A DNA stretch of 64,000 nt from an uncultured Gammaproteobacteria bacterium (GTDB taxonomy: Bacteria > Patescibacteriota > Microgenomatia > UBA8517), in assembly GCA_964635715.1 (NCBI GenBank), contig CAZWNZ010000001.1, positions 344,274 through 408,273 of the forward strand. The letters run 5' to 3'. The translations under genes were made by a program, and so were the position numbers. The notes under the pieces are model-generated. The model searched no databases. It saw only the letters and a program-made list of their open reading frames with translations, and was not told where the DNA came from. Below, piece by piece: positions 45,128 through 54,014 of this stretch (the stretch's first letter is position 1; the number at the start of each line of letters is the position of its first letter).

Positions 45128-45523
45128 TTGGCCATGGAAAGAGAAAGGGAGGAAAGGCATTCCAGATTTGAGCTTGAGAAAAAACCTAGGTTCAGGATTG
45201 CTGAGGGCTCGTGGGAATCTGTTTTGGTCGGGTTAAAAGACAAATATCCCGAAGATGTCTTTGGTGTTGAGGATGCAGATTATTGGGAGAAAATTGAAGA
45301 GAAGGCAACAATGGATTTAAAAGAGGCTTGTTTCCAATATTATTTGGCAGGGGTCGGACACCTTACTTTGGCTAGAAGAGTAGTAGGTAGTAATCGAGAA
45401 ATTAAAATTAGTGTGAGTCTCGGAACTATGACTATTAAAGATAAAGATGAGATTGCAAATAGACTTTCAGACTTTCTCTATGATAGCTATCCTGAAAAAT
45501 ATAGAAAAAAGATTGAAAAATGA
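45128..45523 (+). CDS. Hypothetical protein
   Basis: 131-aa ORF upstream of rnhB, with overlapping stop/start; no motif. Confidence 0.45.
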   Translation: MAMEREREERHSRFELEKKPRFRIAEGSWESVLVGLKDKYPEDVFGVEDADYWEKIEEKATMDLKEACFQYYLAGVGHLTLARRVVGSNREIKISVSLGTMTIKDKDEIANRLSDFLYDSYPEKYRKKIEK

Positions 45524-46197
45524 CTCTTCCAGATTTCTCTTTTGAAAAGAAAGCTTACAAAAATGGATTTCGGATAATTGCAGGAGTAGATGAAGTGGGG
45601 AGAGGGTGTTTTGCCGGACCAGTAGTCGTTGCGGCTGTAGCCTTCGAACTAACTCAAATCTCAAAATTCAAGATTCAAGATTATAACTCAAATCTGAAAA
45701 TCAACGATTCTAAAAAGTTGACACAAAAACAGAGGGAGCGGGTCAATTATTGGATAAAGAAAAATGCGCTTTGTTACGGAATTGGTAAGGCGAGTGTGAG
45801 GGAAATCAATAAGTTCGGAATTAAGAAAGCTACCGAGACAGCTTTCAGGCGCGCAATTAAAAACTGCAATAAGCGCGTAAATTATCTTTTGATCGACGCT
45901 TTTTATATACCTTATGTAAGGGGTTTAAGACGCAAAAATCAAATGCCTATTGTAAAAGGCGATACAAAATCGATTTCGATAGCCGCGGCCTCGATTATTG
46001 CAAAAGTTTATCGTGACAAGCTGATGACCAGACTATATCAGTACCCGAAATATAGAAAGTATAATTGGGATAAGAATAAGGGATATGGCACAAAAATCCA
46101 CTGCAATGCAATCCAAAAATATGGTTTAACAAAACTTCACAGGGAGAAATTTGTAGAAACTTATTTTAATAAGATCTCTTCTTCTCGAGCTCAATAG
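45520..46197 (+). CDS. rnhB: Ribonuclease HII
   Basis: IAGVDEVGRGCFAGPVVVAAV active-site motif (DEVGRG). Confidence 0.9.
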   Translation: MTLPDFSFEKKAYKNGFRIIAGVDEVGRGCFAGPVVVAAVAFELTQISKFKIQDYNSNLKINDSKKLTQKQRERVNYWIKKNALCYGIGKASVREINKFGIKKATETAFRRAIKNCNKRVNYLLIDAFYIPYVRGLRRKNQMPIVKGDTKSISIAAASIIAKVYRDKLMTRLYQYPKYRKYNWDKNKGYGTKIHCNAIQKYGLTKLHREKFVETYFNKISSSRAQ

Positions 46198-46360
46198 AAT
46201 GAGCGATGCGATATTTGTCTTCTTTCCTTCTTTCGGAAGGTTTTTTATAATGCTCGCGGTCACGGTATTCTTGCATTACACCTTCTGTAATTGTTTTTTT
46301 ACGAAAGCGCGCAATGAGCTTGTCATCGCTTTCTCCTTTTTTCTTTTTAATTATAAACAT
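46166..46360 (-). CDS. rpsU: 30S ribosomal protein S21
   Basis: 64 aa, basic; ...RFRKKTITEGVMQEYRDREHYKKPSERRKEDK parallels S21 (..[25 protein letters not shown]..RKR). Confidence 0.75.
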   Translation of the reverse strand: MFIIKKKKGESDDKLIARFRKKTITEGVMQEYRDREHYKKPSERRKEDKYRIAHSIELEKKRSY

Positions 46361-46458
46361 TTATAAATTAGTCGCCTCCTTTCCAGACCAGAGACCTTTC
46401 TGGTCGGTGGTTTTCTTCCTCTAGCTTGTAATTTTAACATATGCTATTATTTCTTGTA

Positions 46459-47466
46459 ATGTCTAAAAAGATAGCATTAATTACAGGAATTACGGGCCAG
46501 GATGGCTCTTATTTGGCAGAACTTCTTCTCAAAAAAGGATATACAGTTGCCGGAACTGTTAGAAAAACCAGTAATATAAGGTATGACAATATCGGTCATA
46601 TTCAAGATGAGTTGATTTTAATTCAGGCGGATTTGGTAGACCCGATTTCTCTTAGAGAAGCAATACAAAAGATTAAGCCCGATGAGGTTTATAATTTGGC
46701 TTCTCAGTCTCACCCTGCAGAAAGTTTTCGACAACCGATTCATACGGCAGAGATTACTGCGATCGGAGCCCATAGAGTTCTTGATGCGACTCTTGATGTA
46801 GTTCCGAAAGCGAAGTTTTATCAAGCAAGCTCCTCCGAAATGTTCGGATGGGTTAGAGAAATTCCCCAGAATGAAGAAACTCCATTCAATCCCGCCAACC
46901 CTTATGCAGCGGCTAAACTATATGCTCATGCAATGACCAGGATTTATAGGAATAGCTACAATATGTTTGCCGCGAATGGAATTCTATTTAATCACGAATC
47001 TCCACGGCGCCATCTTGGGTTTGTAACACAAAAGGTAACTTATGCCGCGGCTTGCGCCAAGCTCGGAATAAAAAATTCAGAACATCTTAATGAGGAGGGC
47101 GAACCAATTGTAAAGGCAGGAAAAGTTGCTTTGGGAAATTTGCAGGCAAAACGCGATTGGGGATTTGCTGGAGATTATGTTGAGGCAATGTGGTTAATGC
47201 TTCAACAGGATACCCCGGACGATTTTGTGATCGGTACCGGTGAAACTCATACTATTCAGGAACTTTGCGAAGAAGCCTATGATTATGCCGGACTTAAGTG
47301 GAAAGACCATGTTGTAATTGATAAGAGATTTATTCGTCCAACTGAAACTGGGCCTCTTGTTGCGAATCCAACCAAAGCCAAAAAAGTGTTAGGTTGGACC
47401 CCAAAAACCTCATTTAAAGAATTAGTTCACCTCATGGTGGATGCACAAGTTGCCAGGCTTAAATAA
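46459..47466 (+). CDS. gmd: GDP-mannose 4,6-dehydratase
   Basis: Rossmann motif KIALITGITGQDGSYLAELLL, SSSEMFG (contains the catalytic Ser) and YAAAKLY (catalytic YxxxK). Confidence 0.9.
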   Translation: MSKKIALITGITGQDGSYLAELLLKKGYTVAGTVRKTSNIRYDNIGHIQDELILIQADLVDPISLREAIQKIKPDEVYNLASQSHPAESFRQPIHTAEITAIGAHRVLDATLDVVPKAKFYQASSSEMFGWVREIPQNEETPFNPANPYAAAKLYAHAMTRIYRNSYNMFAANGILFNHESPRRHLGFVTQKVTYAAACAKLGIKNSEHLNEEGEPIVKAGKVALGNLQAKRDWGFAGDYVEAMWLMLQQDTPDDFVIGTGETHTIQELCEEAYDYAGLKWKDHVVIDKRFIRPTETGPLVANPTKAKKVLGWTPKTSFKELVHLMVDAQVARLK

Positions 47467-47484
47467 ATTGGCTATGATTGGTTA

Positions 47485-48741
47485 ATGCCTCCTCTGAATC
47501 GTTTTAAATTTATTGGTGGAATTGCAAGAGATGATGTTTTTCCGAAAGTGTTAAGTCTTTCTTCAATACTTTTCTTTATCTTTATCGCAGATGCAATACT
47601 AAGCTTTTGGGTACCAAATTTCTTAGAAGATTCATTGCATGGAAGTGCTTTTGTTATGGGTTTGGTATTTAGTTTTTCTTCAATAGTTGGACTTTTAACA
47701 GATTTACTTTTCCCTTCGCTTCTTAAAAATTTTACTGTAAAAAAATTAATTCTTTTTGCGGGACTTTTAGGAGTCGGGTTTTTGGGTATCTTAATGTTGG
47801 GTACAAAATTGCCGGTTGTTTGGGTTTTTCTTTTGGCAATGGCGATGTGGGGTGTTTATTATGAATTTTTGGGATTTAGCTCGCAGCAATTTATTGCTGA
47901 TACAGTGCCTTTGAAGCTTCGTACGTCAGGGTGGGCCATTCTGGGAACTTTTAAAAACCTTGCTTATTTCCTTGGTCCAATACTTGCAGGTTGGCTTTTA
48001 TTGCAAGGTAATTACACATTGGCGATTATTGTTGGGATTTTTATTGTAATAGGAATATCGATACTTTTGTTTGTCAGCAAAAAGCATGAAAGGCCTGTAA
48101 GCTTCAATGTTACTGAGGTAAATCTTTGGAAGGAGATGGATCACTGGAAAGTACTTTTTAAAGCAGTATGGCCAATAGTTTTGATAAGTATTTTCTTGGG
48201 GTTGATAGATGCCACTTTTTGGACTTCGGGAGCGGTTTGGACAGAAACACTTGTAAAGGAAAGTTTTTGGGGTAATTTTTTGCTTCCAGTTTACCAAATG
48301 CCCGCACTTTTTATGGGTTTTGTGGTTGCAAAATGGGGGATATATAAAGGTAAGAAAAAAATGGCTTTAAAGTTTCTATTCCTTGCTTCTTTGTTTTTGA
48401 TTCTTATGGTTTTTAATATGCCGGTATCACTTTATATAATGTGCGTTTTTATGAGCAGCTTGATGCTTGGGGTTACATATCCTTTGATTGATGCTACATA
48501 TACCGACATTATTGCCAGAATGGGCAGGGAAAGAAAACACCTTGTGGGACTTAGCAATTCCACTTCCACAATAGCTTATATAATTGGCCCGATTGTTGCA
48601 GGTTTTGCGGCAGATCGAATCGGGAATAAAATGACATTTGTTTTGATAGGAGCGGTTACTTTGATTGTTGCTTTGGTTTTATATTTTGCGACTCCTAGAA
48701 AACTTAAGCTTCCGGAGAGTGAAATTCAGGCTTGGGAATAG
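47485..48741 (+). CDS. Major facilitator superfamily transporter
   Basis: 418 aa with ~12 hydrophobic helices and two 6-helix halves. Confidence 0.7.
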   Translation: MPPLNRFKFIGGIARDDVFPKVLSLSSILFFIFIADAILSFWVPNFLEDSLHGSAFVMGLVFSFSSIVGLLTDLLFPSLLKNFTVKKLILFAGLLGVGFLGILMLGTKLPVVWVFLLAMAMWGVYYEFLGFSSQQFIADTVPLKLRTSGWAILGTFKNLAYFLGPILAGWLLLQGNYTLAIIVGIFIVIGISILLFVSKKHERPVSFNVTEVNLWKEMDHWKVLFKAVWPIVLISIFLGLIDATFWTSGAVWTETLVKESFWGNFLLPVYQMPALFMGFVVAKWGIYKGKKKMALKFLFLASLFLILMVFNMPVSLYIMCVFMSSLMLGVTYPLIDATYTDIIARMGRERKHLVGLSNSTSTIAYIIGPIVAGFAADRIGNKMTFVLIGAVTLIVALVLYFATPRKLKLPESEIQAWE

Positions 48742-49168
48742 TATTTAATATTTGAGTTGTGGAGGGGGATTCAGTTTTTGTAATTTTGACAAACTTCGCG
48801 TCCACTGCTTTTGCTTGTGCACTTCTCTTTTTTGTAATTGGATCATCTTTTGTTATAGCTATTATTGATGGTTTGACCTTTTTTACGAGATCAAGATAAT
48901 CTTTGTCATTCATTTTATCTTTAAGAATGATTACTTCATCTACACACCTCAGGGTAAGTAGCATTTCTTTGCGTTGATTTTGATTATGAACAGGGCGTCC
49001 TTTGCCTTTAAGTCTTTTAAGATTCGTATCGGATTCCAAGGCGACAATTAAATAATTTCCAAGCGCCTTTGCTTTATTAAGAAATTTGATATGTCCAAAA
49101 TGGAGAACATCAAAGCACCCACCAACAAGAACTTTATTGATTTTTGAGTTTGTCATTGAATTCTGCAA
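48704..49168 (-). CDS. Cytidylyltransferase-like nucleotidyltransferase (HxGH family)
   Basis: KVLVGGCFDVLHFGHIKFLNKAKALGNYLIVAL is the (H/T)xGH nucleotidyltransferase motif, of the RfaE-domain-II / glycerol-3-phosphate cytidylyltransferase type. Confidence 0.7.
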   Translation of the reverse strand: MQNSMTNSKINKVLVGGCFDVLHFGHIKFLNKAKALGNYLIVALESDTNLKRLKGKGRPVHNQNQRKEMLLTLRCVDEVIILKDKMNDKDYLDLVKKVKPSIIAITKDDPITKKRSAQAKAVDAKFVKITKTESPSTTQILNTIPKPEFHSPEA

Positions 49169-49835
49169 TTATGTTTATAGCCTGTTTAATAGTTTCGTTA
49201 AGCTTTCCTTGCGTATTCTCAAGTGGTGTGGCAAATTGGAAAAGTATTTTTAAATACGGTTTTTCCTGCTCGTCGCGGACGATGTATTCTTTAGGATTAT
49301 AGTTTTTCTTATCGCGTCCGATACGCCTTTTCTCGATATCTTTTTTTGGTGCCGTTATAAACAAAACCAAAGTATGTTTTTGTAAGCTATCGGCATTTTC
49401 CGGAAATATTTTTTTAAAAAAGTCACCTGTTGCGATATCCGAAGCTCTCGATGGATCAATTCTCCAAATAAGTTTTTCATTGCAAAAAACTCTTTCAACC
49501 TCTTTTTTAGTTGTGGCTTTGTTGGAAGTACCAGTTTTTGTGATTGGTTCGACCAAATCTCCATTTTTTGCCATCTCTTGCATTTTTTCTGTTGTAACAA
49601 AATGATATTCACATCCGTCGGTTTCTCCCGGTCGGGGAGGGCGGTCAGTACTGGTAACTATTTTTGAAAAGCCCAAGTTTTTTATTTTCGTACTTCCCAT
49701 AACTCCGTTCATAACGTCATCTTTTCCCGCACCCGAAGCTCCTGTGATTACAATTAAGTTACCGATTTTTACATCTTTCATATCATTTTTTTGGCACATT
49801 GTTATTTTATATCTTTTAGTTTGGTGAAGAAACAC
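49134..49835 (-). CDS. Guanylate kinase-like protein (divergent)
   Basis: P-loop ITGASGAGKDD and TSTDRPPRPGETDGCEYHFV match the guanylate kinase GMP-binding segment (S.TTR.PR.GE.DG..Y.F). Confidence 0.55.
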   Translation of the reverse strand: MFLHQTKRYKITMCQKNDMKDVKIGNLIVITGASGAGKDDVMNGVMGSTKIKNLGFSKIVTSTDRPPRPGETDGCEYHFVTTEKMQEMAKNGDLVEPITKTGTSNKATTKKEVERVFCNEKLIWRIDPSRASDIATGDFFKKIFPENADSLQKHTLVLFITAPKKDIEKRRIGRDKKNYNPKEYIVRDEQEKPYLKILFQFATPLENTQGKLNETIKQAINIIAEFNDKLKNQ

Positions 49836-49865
49836 TTTACTTTTACAAACAGAAGTGCGTAAAAT

Positions 49866-50303
49866 TTGCTGATGATTTCAGAAAGACAGGAAGTGTCCGG
49901 TATAATTTTCGAAAGGAATTCCAATCGGGATTTTTTTGAGTCAGTTTCTTCTTTAGTTAAAGTTTTAAACACTGCAAATATAAATGATGTTCGTTTCCTA
50001 AATTTAACTGGAAGTATAAAATTTGTTGTTTTTGAAGAAGCGGATAAAATAGGGAATACTGTTTTTGTGTTGCCACCCGGAAAATCTCTGGATCATAGTA
50101 AAGAAGTTCCTGCACAAATTTCAAAAATGCTTGATTCAGAGGGGATTGTCAGGATAACCGATTTTATGAGCGGCGAGATTGGAAACAACAGCAGCGGATG
50201 GTCGGTAAGAAAAATTTTTGATAGGTGGGGGGAAAGTTACGGAGAATATTTTAAAGATCTTTGTTTATTTGGTTGTCCGGTAGAAACAAACATCTGTTTA
50301 TAG
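49866..50303 (+). CDS. Hypothetical protein
   Basis: 145-aa ORF; its stop abuts the tRNA-Trp gene. Confidence 0.4.
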   Translation: MLMISERQEVSGIIFERNSNRDFFESVSSLVKVLNTANINDVRFLNLTGSIKFVVFEEADKIGNTVFVLPPGKSLDHSKEVPAQISKMLDSEGIVRITDFMSGEIGNNSSGWSVRKIFDRWGESYGEYFKDLCLFGCPVETNICL

Positions 50304-50375
50304 CAGGGGCGGAGGGAATTGAACCCCCATTAACGGTTTTGGAGACCGCTGTTCTGCCGTTTAACTACGCCCCTA
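50304..50375 (-). tRNA. tRNA-Trp (anticodon CCA)
   Basis: Minus strand. AGGGGCG...CTCCAAA...TTCAATT...CGCCCCTG is near-identical in arrangement to E. coli tRNA-Trp. Confidence 0.85.
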
Positions 50376-50482
50376 AGTGCCTTCATATTATACCTTAAAT
50401 GAATTTGAATTGAAAAATAGGATGTGGTGTAGTAAACTCCACTATAGGTCGCAAATTAACATGGTTTTCTAAGGAGGGATAT

Positions 50483-50728
50483 ATGTGTGGATGGACAAAG
50501 AAGACGGATGGAACATTCGTCTTCTTAGGTTTATATCGAGAACCTGTGTGTGGTCCAAAGCCGGGTGACATAGTATTTGAGGAAAGTACTCATACAAAAA
50601 ACGTAGTACTTCCAGATGGTACTTTATCACCGACAGGTAGATTTGAGATAGTTCCTTGTATGGGGACTTTGTCTATGAGATTTCGAGTCCCCTTAAACAG
50701 AGGACGCACTGTCACGATAAAAACATAA
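50483..50728 (+). CDS. Hypothetical small Cys-containing protein
   Basis: 81-aa ORF; weak support. Confidence 0.3.
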   Translation: MCGWTKKTDGTFVFLGLYREPVCGPKPGDIVFEESTHTKNVVLPDGTLSPTGRFEIVPCMGTLSMRFRVPLNRGRTVTIKT

Positions 50729-50892
50729 AAACCGCATAATTTTTTAGTCATTGGTACGAGCACATGTGACCTGGGAGAACAAAAAAGATAATCAATCAAA
50801 AAATATAAAGCCTTAATCCTTGCAAGGATATTTTTTGAAGTAATTTATTTTGTTCTCCCGTGCTCGAAGTTTTTTGCTTTACCAAAAAAACA

Positions 50893-50940
50893 GGGCGTTC
50901 CTATACAAAATCTCTTTCATATAAAAACGCCCTTTGCGCA
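50893..50940 (-). terminator. Rho-independent terminator for gene 50951..51289
   Basis: Minus strand reads AGGGCGTT-loop-AACGCCCT followed by GTTTTTTTGG. Confidence 0.5.
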
Positions 50941-50950
50941 AATTTTACAA

Positions 50951-51289
50951 TTACAGGTTAAGATCCTTTATAAATTTATTAACTTCTTCGTTAATAAAAT
51001 TTACGATTGGATTTGGGTCCACGTTACAATTATGATCGTAATGTTCTCGGATTTGCCGGGAAATTTCTGAAGCCAGATAATACACAAAAGCGACTTTGTC
51101 AGTATTCATCCAATTCCTTTCGACGCGAAATGGATAGCCATTCCGACTAACCGACAAGTAACCGGAAATTTTCCAACAATGCTGGTGTTTACTACCGTTG
51201 AGTAAAGCAATGTACAATTCTACATTACTTTCTTTCCCCCCGCCTCTGTTGTTTGCAACTACGGCACTTGCAGCATGTTCGATTTTCAT
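50951..51289 (-). CDS. Hypothetical protein (start trimmed to MKIEH)
   Basis: The track ORF extends to 51373 through a repeat copy. An internal ATG at 51289 gives a 112-aa protein. No motif recognised. Confidence 0.4.
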   Translation of the reverse strand: MKIEHAASAVVANNRGGGKESNVELYIALLNGSKHQHCWKISGYLSVSRNGYPFRVERNWMNTDKVAFVYYLASEISRQIREHYDHNCNVDPNPIVNFINEEVNKFIKDLNL

Positions 51290-51411
51290 TGCATTTCTCC
51301 CTGTTGTGTAATGTGCGATTTCACCGTTAGGTGATGGGGGAATAGTAACACAAAAAAGATAACCAATCAACACTATAAGTTATTTTTGCAGCCAATTTAG
51401 GAAAAACGCTT

Positions 51412-51900
51412 TTGGTTTATTTAATAAAGAGTAGTAAAATACTTCGAATTATGGAAAATTTAGAATCTAAACCTTCGGCTGAAAATATACTAATTGGTGA
51501 AAAATTCCAATCAGGAAAGGAAATAGATGATTGGGAAAAGAACTGTATTTTCGAATCTGCAATAAAACACACATCGAATTTAGTCAACGAAAGAACCGAT
51601 GAAATTCTTGGATTTAGCCAAAAAAATCAGGAAACAAAACGCCATTTAAGCATAATTATTTTGGATAGAATCAATTTTTTATACCAGCCTGGGGTAGAAA
51701 TGGATTTGTTTACTGAAGTTAAGACGTCAATGTGTAAAGACTTTCTCATTAGTCCCGAAAATTTGCCGGATGAAGCATTTCATTCATTTTTGACAGGTAT
51801 TTTGGATAAATATTTTGATAAGGAGATTTCTGCTCAAGTGAGGGTGGATATGCGATACATAACAGAAATGGCCGACAAGATGTTGCCTTTGAAAAAATAA
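51412..51900 (+). CDS. Hypothetical protein
   Basis: 162-aa ORF divergent from the previous gene; no motif recognised. Confidence 0.45.
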   Translation: MVYLIKSSKILRIMENLESKPSAENILIGEKFQSGKEIDDWEKNCIFESAIKHTSNLVNERTDEILGFSQKNQETKRHLSIIILDRINFLYQPGVEMDLFTEVKTSMCKDFLISPENLPDEAFHSFLTGILDKYFDKEISAQVRVDMRYITEMADKMLPLKK

Positions 51901-51904
51901 ATAT

Positions 51905-52096
51905 TTACTTTAATTTGGAAGACTCTTTATGAAGTTGGGCTTTTTTGCAAACGTGGCAATACTTCTTCAGTTCAAGTTTTGTACCTTTTTTACCTTTTGT
52001 CTCCATGTTAACTTTGTTTCTGGTTGTAATGTAATTTTGGCTTTTACAAACAGTACAAACTAAAGCAACTGCTTCTCTTGCGCCTTTCTTTGCCAT
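51905..52096 (-). CDS. rpmG: 50S ribosomal protein L33
   Basis: 63 aa with CxxC...CxxC zinc ribbon; MAKKGAREAVALVCTVC...TKLELKKYCHVCK parallels the L33 pattern. Confidence 0.8.
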   Translation of the reverse strand: MAKKGAREAVALVCTVCKSQNYITTRNKVNMETKGKKGTKLELKKYCHVCKKAQLHKESSKLK

Positions 52097-52171
52097 GAGG
52101 ATATTTTAGCAGAAGTGAGGTGGAGAGGCAAGCTGCGGTTTGATATAATTAGCTTTGCACTTTCTTTGTTT

Positions 52172-52244
52172 GCCTGGGTAGCTCAGTGGTAGAGCACGTA
52201 CTTGGTAAGTACGGGGTCGTGAGTTCAATCCTCACCTCAGGCTC
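52172..52244 (+). tRNA. tRNA-Thr (anticodon GGT)
   Basis: Acceptor GCCTGGG/CTCAGGC, D-arm GCTC-AGTGGTA-GAGC, anticodon arm CGTAC-TTGGTAA-GTACG, T-arm GTGAG-TTCAATC-CTCAC. Confidence 0.85.
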
Positions 52245-52302
52245 AAAAATGTTTTCGCTCCGCCCTTCGGGAGAGCACTTCTTGGGGGTGTGATTTCATC
52301 AT

Positions 52303-52341
52303 AAGTACGGGGTCGTGAGTTCAATCCTCACCTCAGGCTCA
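52303..52341 (+). repeat. Exact 39-40-nt duplicate of the 3' half of tRNA-Thr(GGT)
   Basis: aagtacggggtcgtgagttcaatcctcacctcaggctca is identical to tRNA positions ~36-73 and lies 59 nt downstream of the gene. No matching 5' half is present. Confidence 0.8.
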
Positions 52342-53427
52342 AATAATTAACGAGGAATCTCCAAAAGAATAAAATTTGTATTTATCCTCAATTGCTTTTT
52401 GATAAGCTTTACCCATAAGACAGCTTTTAAAATTTTTAAAGTGTTTGTCGGTGTTGGGAAAACTCACAAATGAGGATACTAATGCAATCAATGTCGACTT
52501 GGGTAAATGGAAATTAGTTATCAATCCGTCGACAAATTTGAATTTATAACCCGGATAAATAAAAATATTGGTGGAACCGCTTAGCTTATTGGTCATTAGT
52601 TGTTGATTGCTATCAGCAAGAGACTCAAGAACGCGGGTAGAAGTTGTTCCAACGGAAATTATTCTTTTGCCATTCTTTTTTACCTGGTTTAATCTTTTGA
52701 CAACATTTTTATCAATTTCGTAAGATTCAAAATGCATTGGGTGATCTTCAATATTTTTGGTTTTGACGGGGGCAAACGTTCCCATGCCGACGTGTAGTGT
52801 CACGTATTCTATTTGAACACCTTTAGTTTTTAGTTTAGTCAAAAGTTCTTCCGTAAAGTGAAATCCTGCAGTGGGAGCCGCGACTGAGCCAACGGACTTT
52901 GCATACACTGTTTGGTATTCACGCCTTAAATCTTTTTCCGATTCGGTGGAGTGAATGTAAGGTGGAAGAGGTGTAATCCCGATTTTTTGCAATTTTTCAA
53001 TTAATACATCTTTTGTAATATCAAATCTGACAATCGAAATTTCATCGTATCTTTCAACCACCTTAAAGGAAAATCCTTTAAAGATCACAATCTGACCAAC
53101 TTTCAATCCCGGTTTAGTCAATGATTCCCAAGTAAATTTATCAATATTTTTGTGAAGCAAAATTTCAACTTTGCCCCCGCCGCTTCGGCGCCCTGAGCGA
53201 AGTTGAATGGGTTTTTTGCCAATAATTCTGGCCGGAAATACCTTTGTTTTATTGAGAACCAAAACATCGTTTGAAGTAAAGTAATTTACAATGTCGTAAA
53301 AATGCTTATTTTCAATTTTGCCGGTTTTCCGGTCAATTATCATAAGTCTTGAATGATCGCGTGGACTGGCAGGGGAGTTTGCAACAAGCTCTTTTGGAAG
53401 TGAATAATCAAACAAAGAAATATCCAT
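52339..53427 (-). CDS. queA: S-adenosylmethionine:tRNA ribosyltransferase-isomerase
   Basis: N-terminal FDYSLPKELVANSPASPRDHSRLMII and an HVGMGTF-type motif (HVGMGTFAPV). Confidence 0.88.
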   Translation of the reverse strand: MDISLFDYSLPKELVANSPASPRDHSRLMIIDRKTGKIENKHFYDIVNYFTSNDVLVLNKTKVFPARIIGKKPIQLRSGRRSGGGKVEILLHKNIDKFTWESLTKPGLKVGQIVIFKGFSFKVVERYDEISIVRFDITKDVLIEKLQKIGITPLPPYIHSTESEKDLRREYQTVYAKSVGSVAAPTAGFHFTEELLTKLKTKGVQIEYVTLHVGMGTFAPVKTKNIEDHPMHFESYEIDKNVVKRLNQVKKNGKRIISVGTTSTRVLESLADSNQQLMTNKLSGSTNIFIYPGYKFKFVDGLITNFHLPKSTLIALVSSFVSFPNTDKHFKNFKSCLMGKAYQKAIEDKYKFYSFGDSSLII

Positions 53428-53479
53428 ATGTAATGGAATTATACGCTCAGAGAAAGTATAATATAACCTTAGTAAGTTT

Positions 53480-53551
53480 GCCGATGTAGCTCAGTGGTAG
53501 AGCACCTGTTTTGTAAACAGGGGGTCGATGGTTCGAATCCATTCGTCGGCT
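53480..53551 (+). tRNA. tRNA-Thr (anticodon TGT)
   Basis: Acceptor GCCGATG/CGTCGGC, anticodon arm CCTGT-TTTGTAA-ACAGG, T-arm GATGG-TTCGAAT-CCATT. Confidence 0.85.
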
Positions 53552-53665
53552 CTCGTCGAAGTCAGACTTTTGCGTCCCGGGAAATTTTGAAAGGAGTAAC
53601 CGATAAGCGTTAGGATCCAAAACCGTAAAGTTTTGTGATACGATTAGCGCGTCGTGTTACGACGC

Positions 53666-53750
53666 GCTGAGGTGACGGAGCGGTCAATCGTACGAGACTG
53701 TAAATCTCGCGTCCGAAAGGGCTACTCAGGTTCGAATCCTGACCTCAGCA
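53666..53750 (+). tRNA. tRNA-Tyr (anticodon GTA), long variable arm
   Basis: Acceptor GCTGAGG/CCTCAGC, anticodon arm CGAGA-CTGTAAA-TCTCG (as in E. coli tRNA-Tyr), variable arm CGTCCGAAAGGGCTAC, T-arm TCAGG-TTCGAAT-CCTGA. Confidence 0.85.
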
Positions 53751-54014
53751 CAAAGTTACTCAAGTTCGAATTCCCCTAAGGGGGATCTAAGGACCTGACC
53801 TCAGCACCGCGTAAACGCAAAAAAAAGACCCCGTCTCTAAAAGCCTGGCTGCATTCCTGGATAATCCAGGTGGGTAAGCTGCCGCCCTCGGCATAAAAGC
53901 TTTGGTTGGACTCCGCTTTCCCAATGCACTTTTATTTGATCAGGAAATATAAACCAGATCTTCTATCGACAGGGTCAATTTAATAATAGCATATAGGGTC
54001 AACCAAAAAAGAAT

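Noticed and set aside
52245-52343. Second full tRNA-Thr gene (or intron-containing tRNA) downstream of tRNA-Thr(GGT)
   Set aside because: Only the 3' half is present. No complementary 5' acceptor strand (GCCTGGG or similar) or D-arm could be found in the preceding 60 nt. It is interpreted as a partial duplication.
53808-54014. SRP (4.5S) RNA, tmRNA or RNase P RNA in the intergenic region after tRNA-Tyr
   Set aside because: I looked for the domain IV GGAA/AGCAGC arrangement, a tRNA-like 3' end and RNase P conserved blocks. None matched convincingly by eye, so it is left as an unassigned structured region in the findings.
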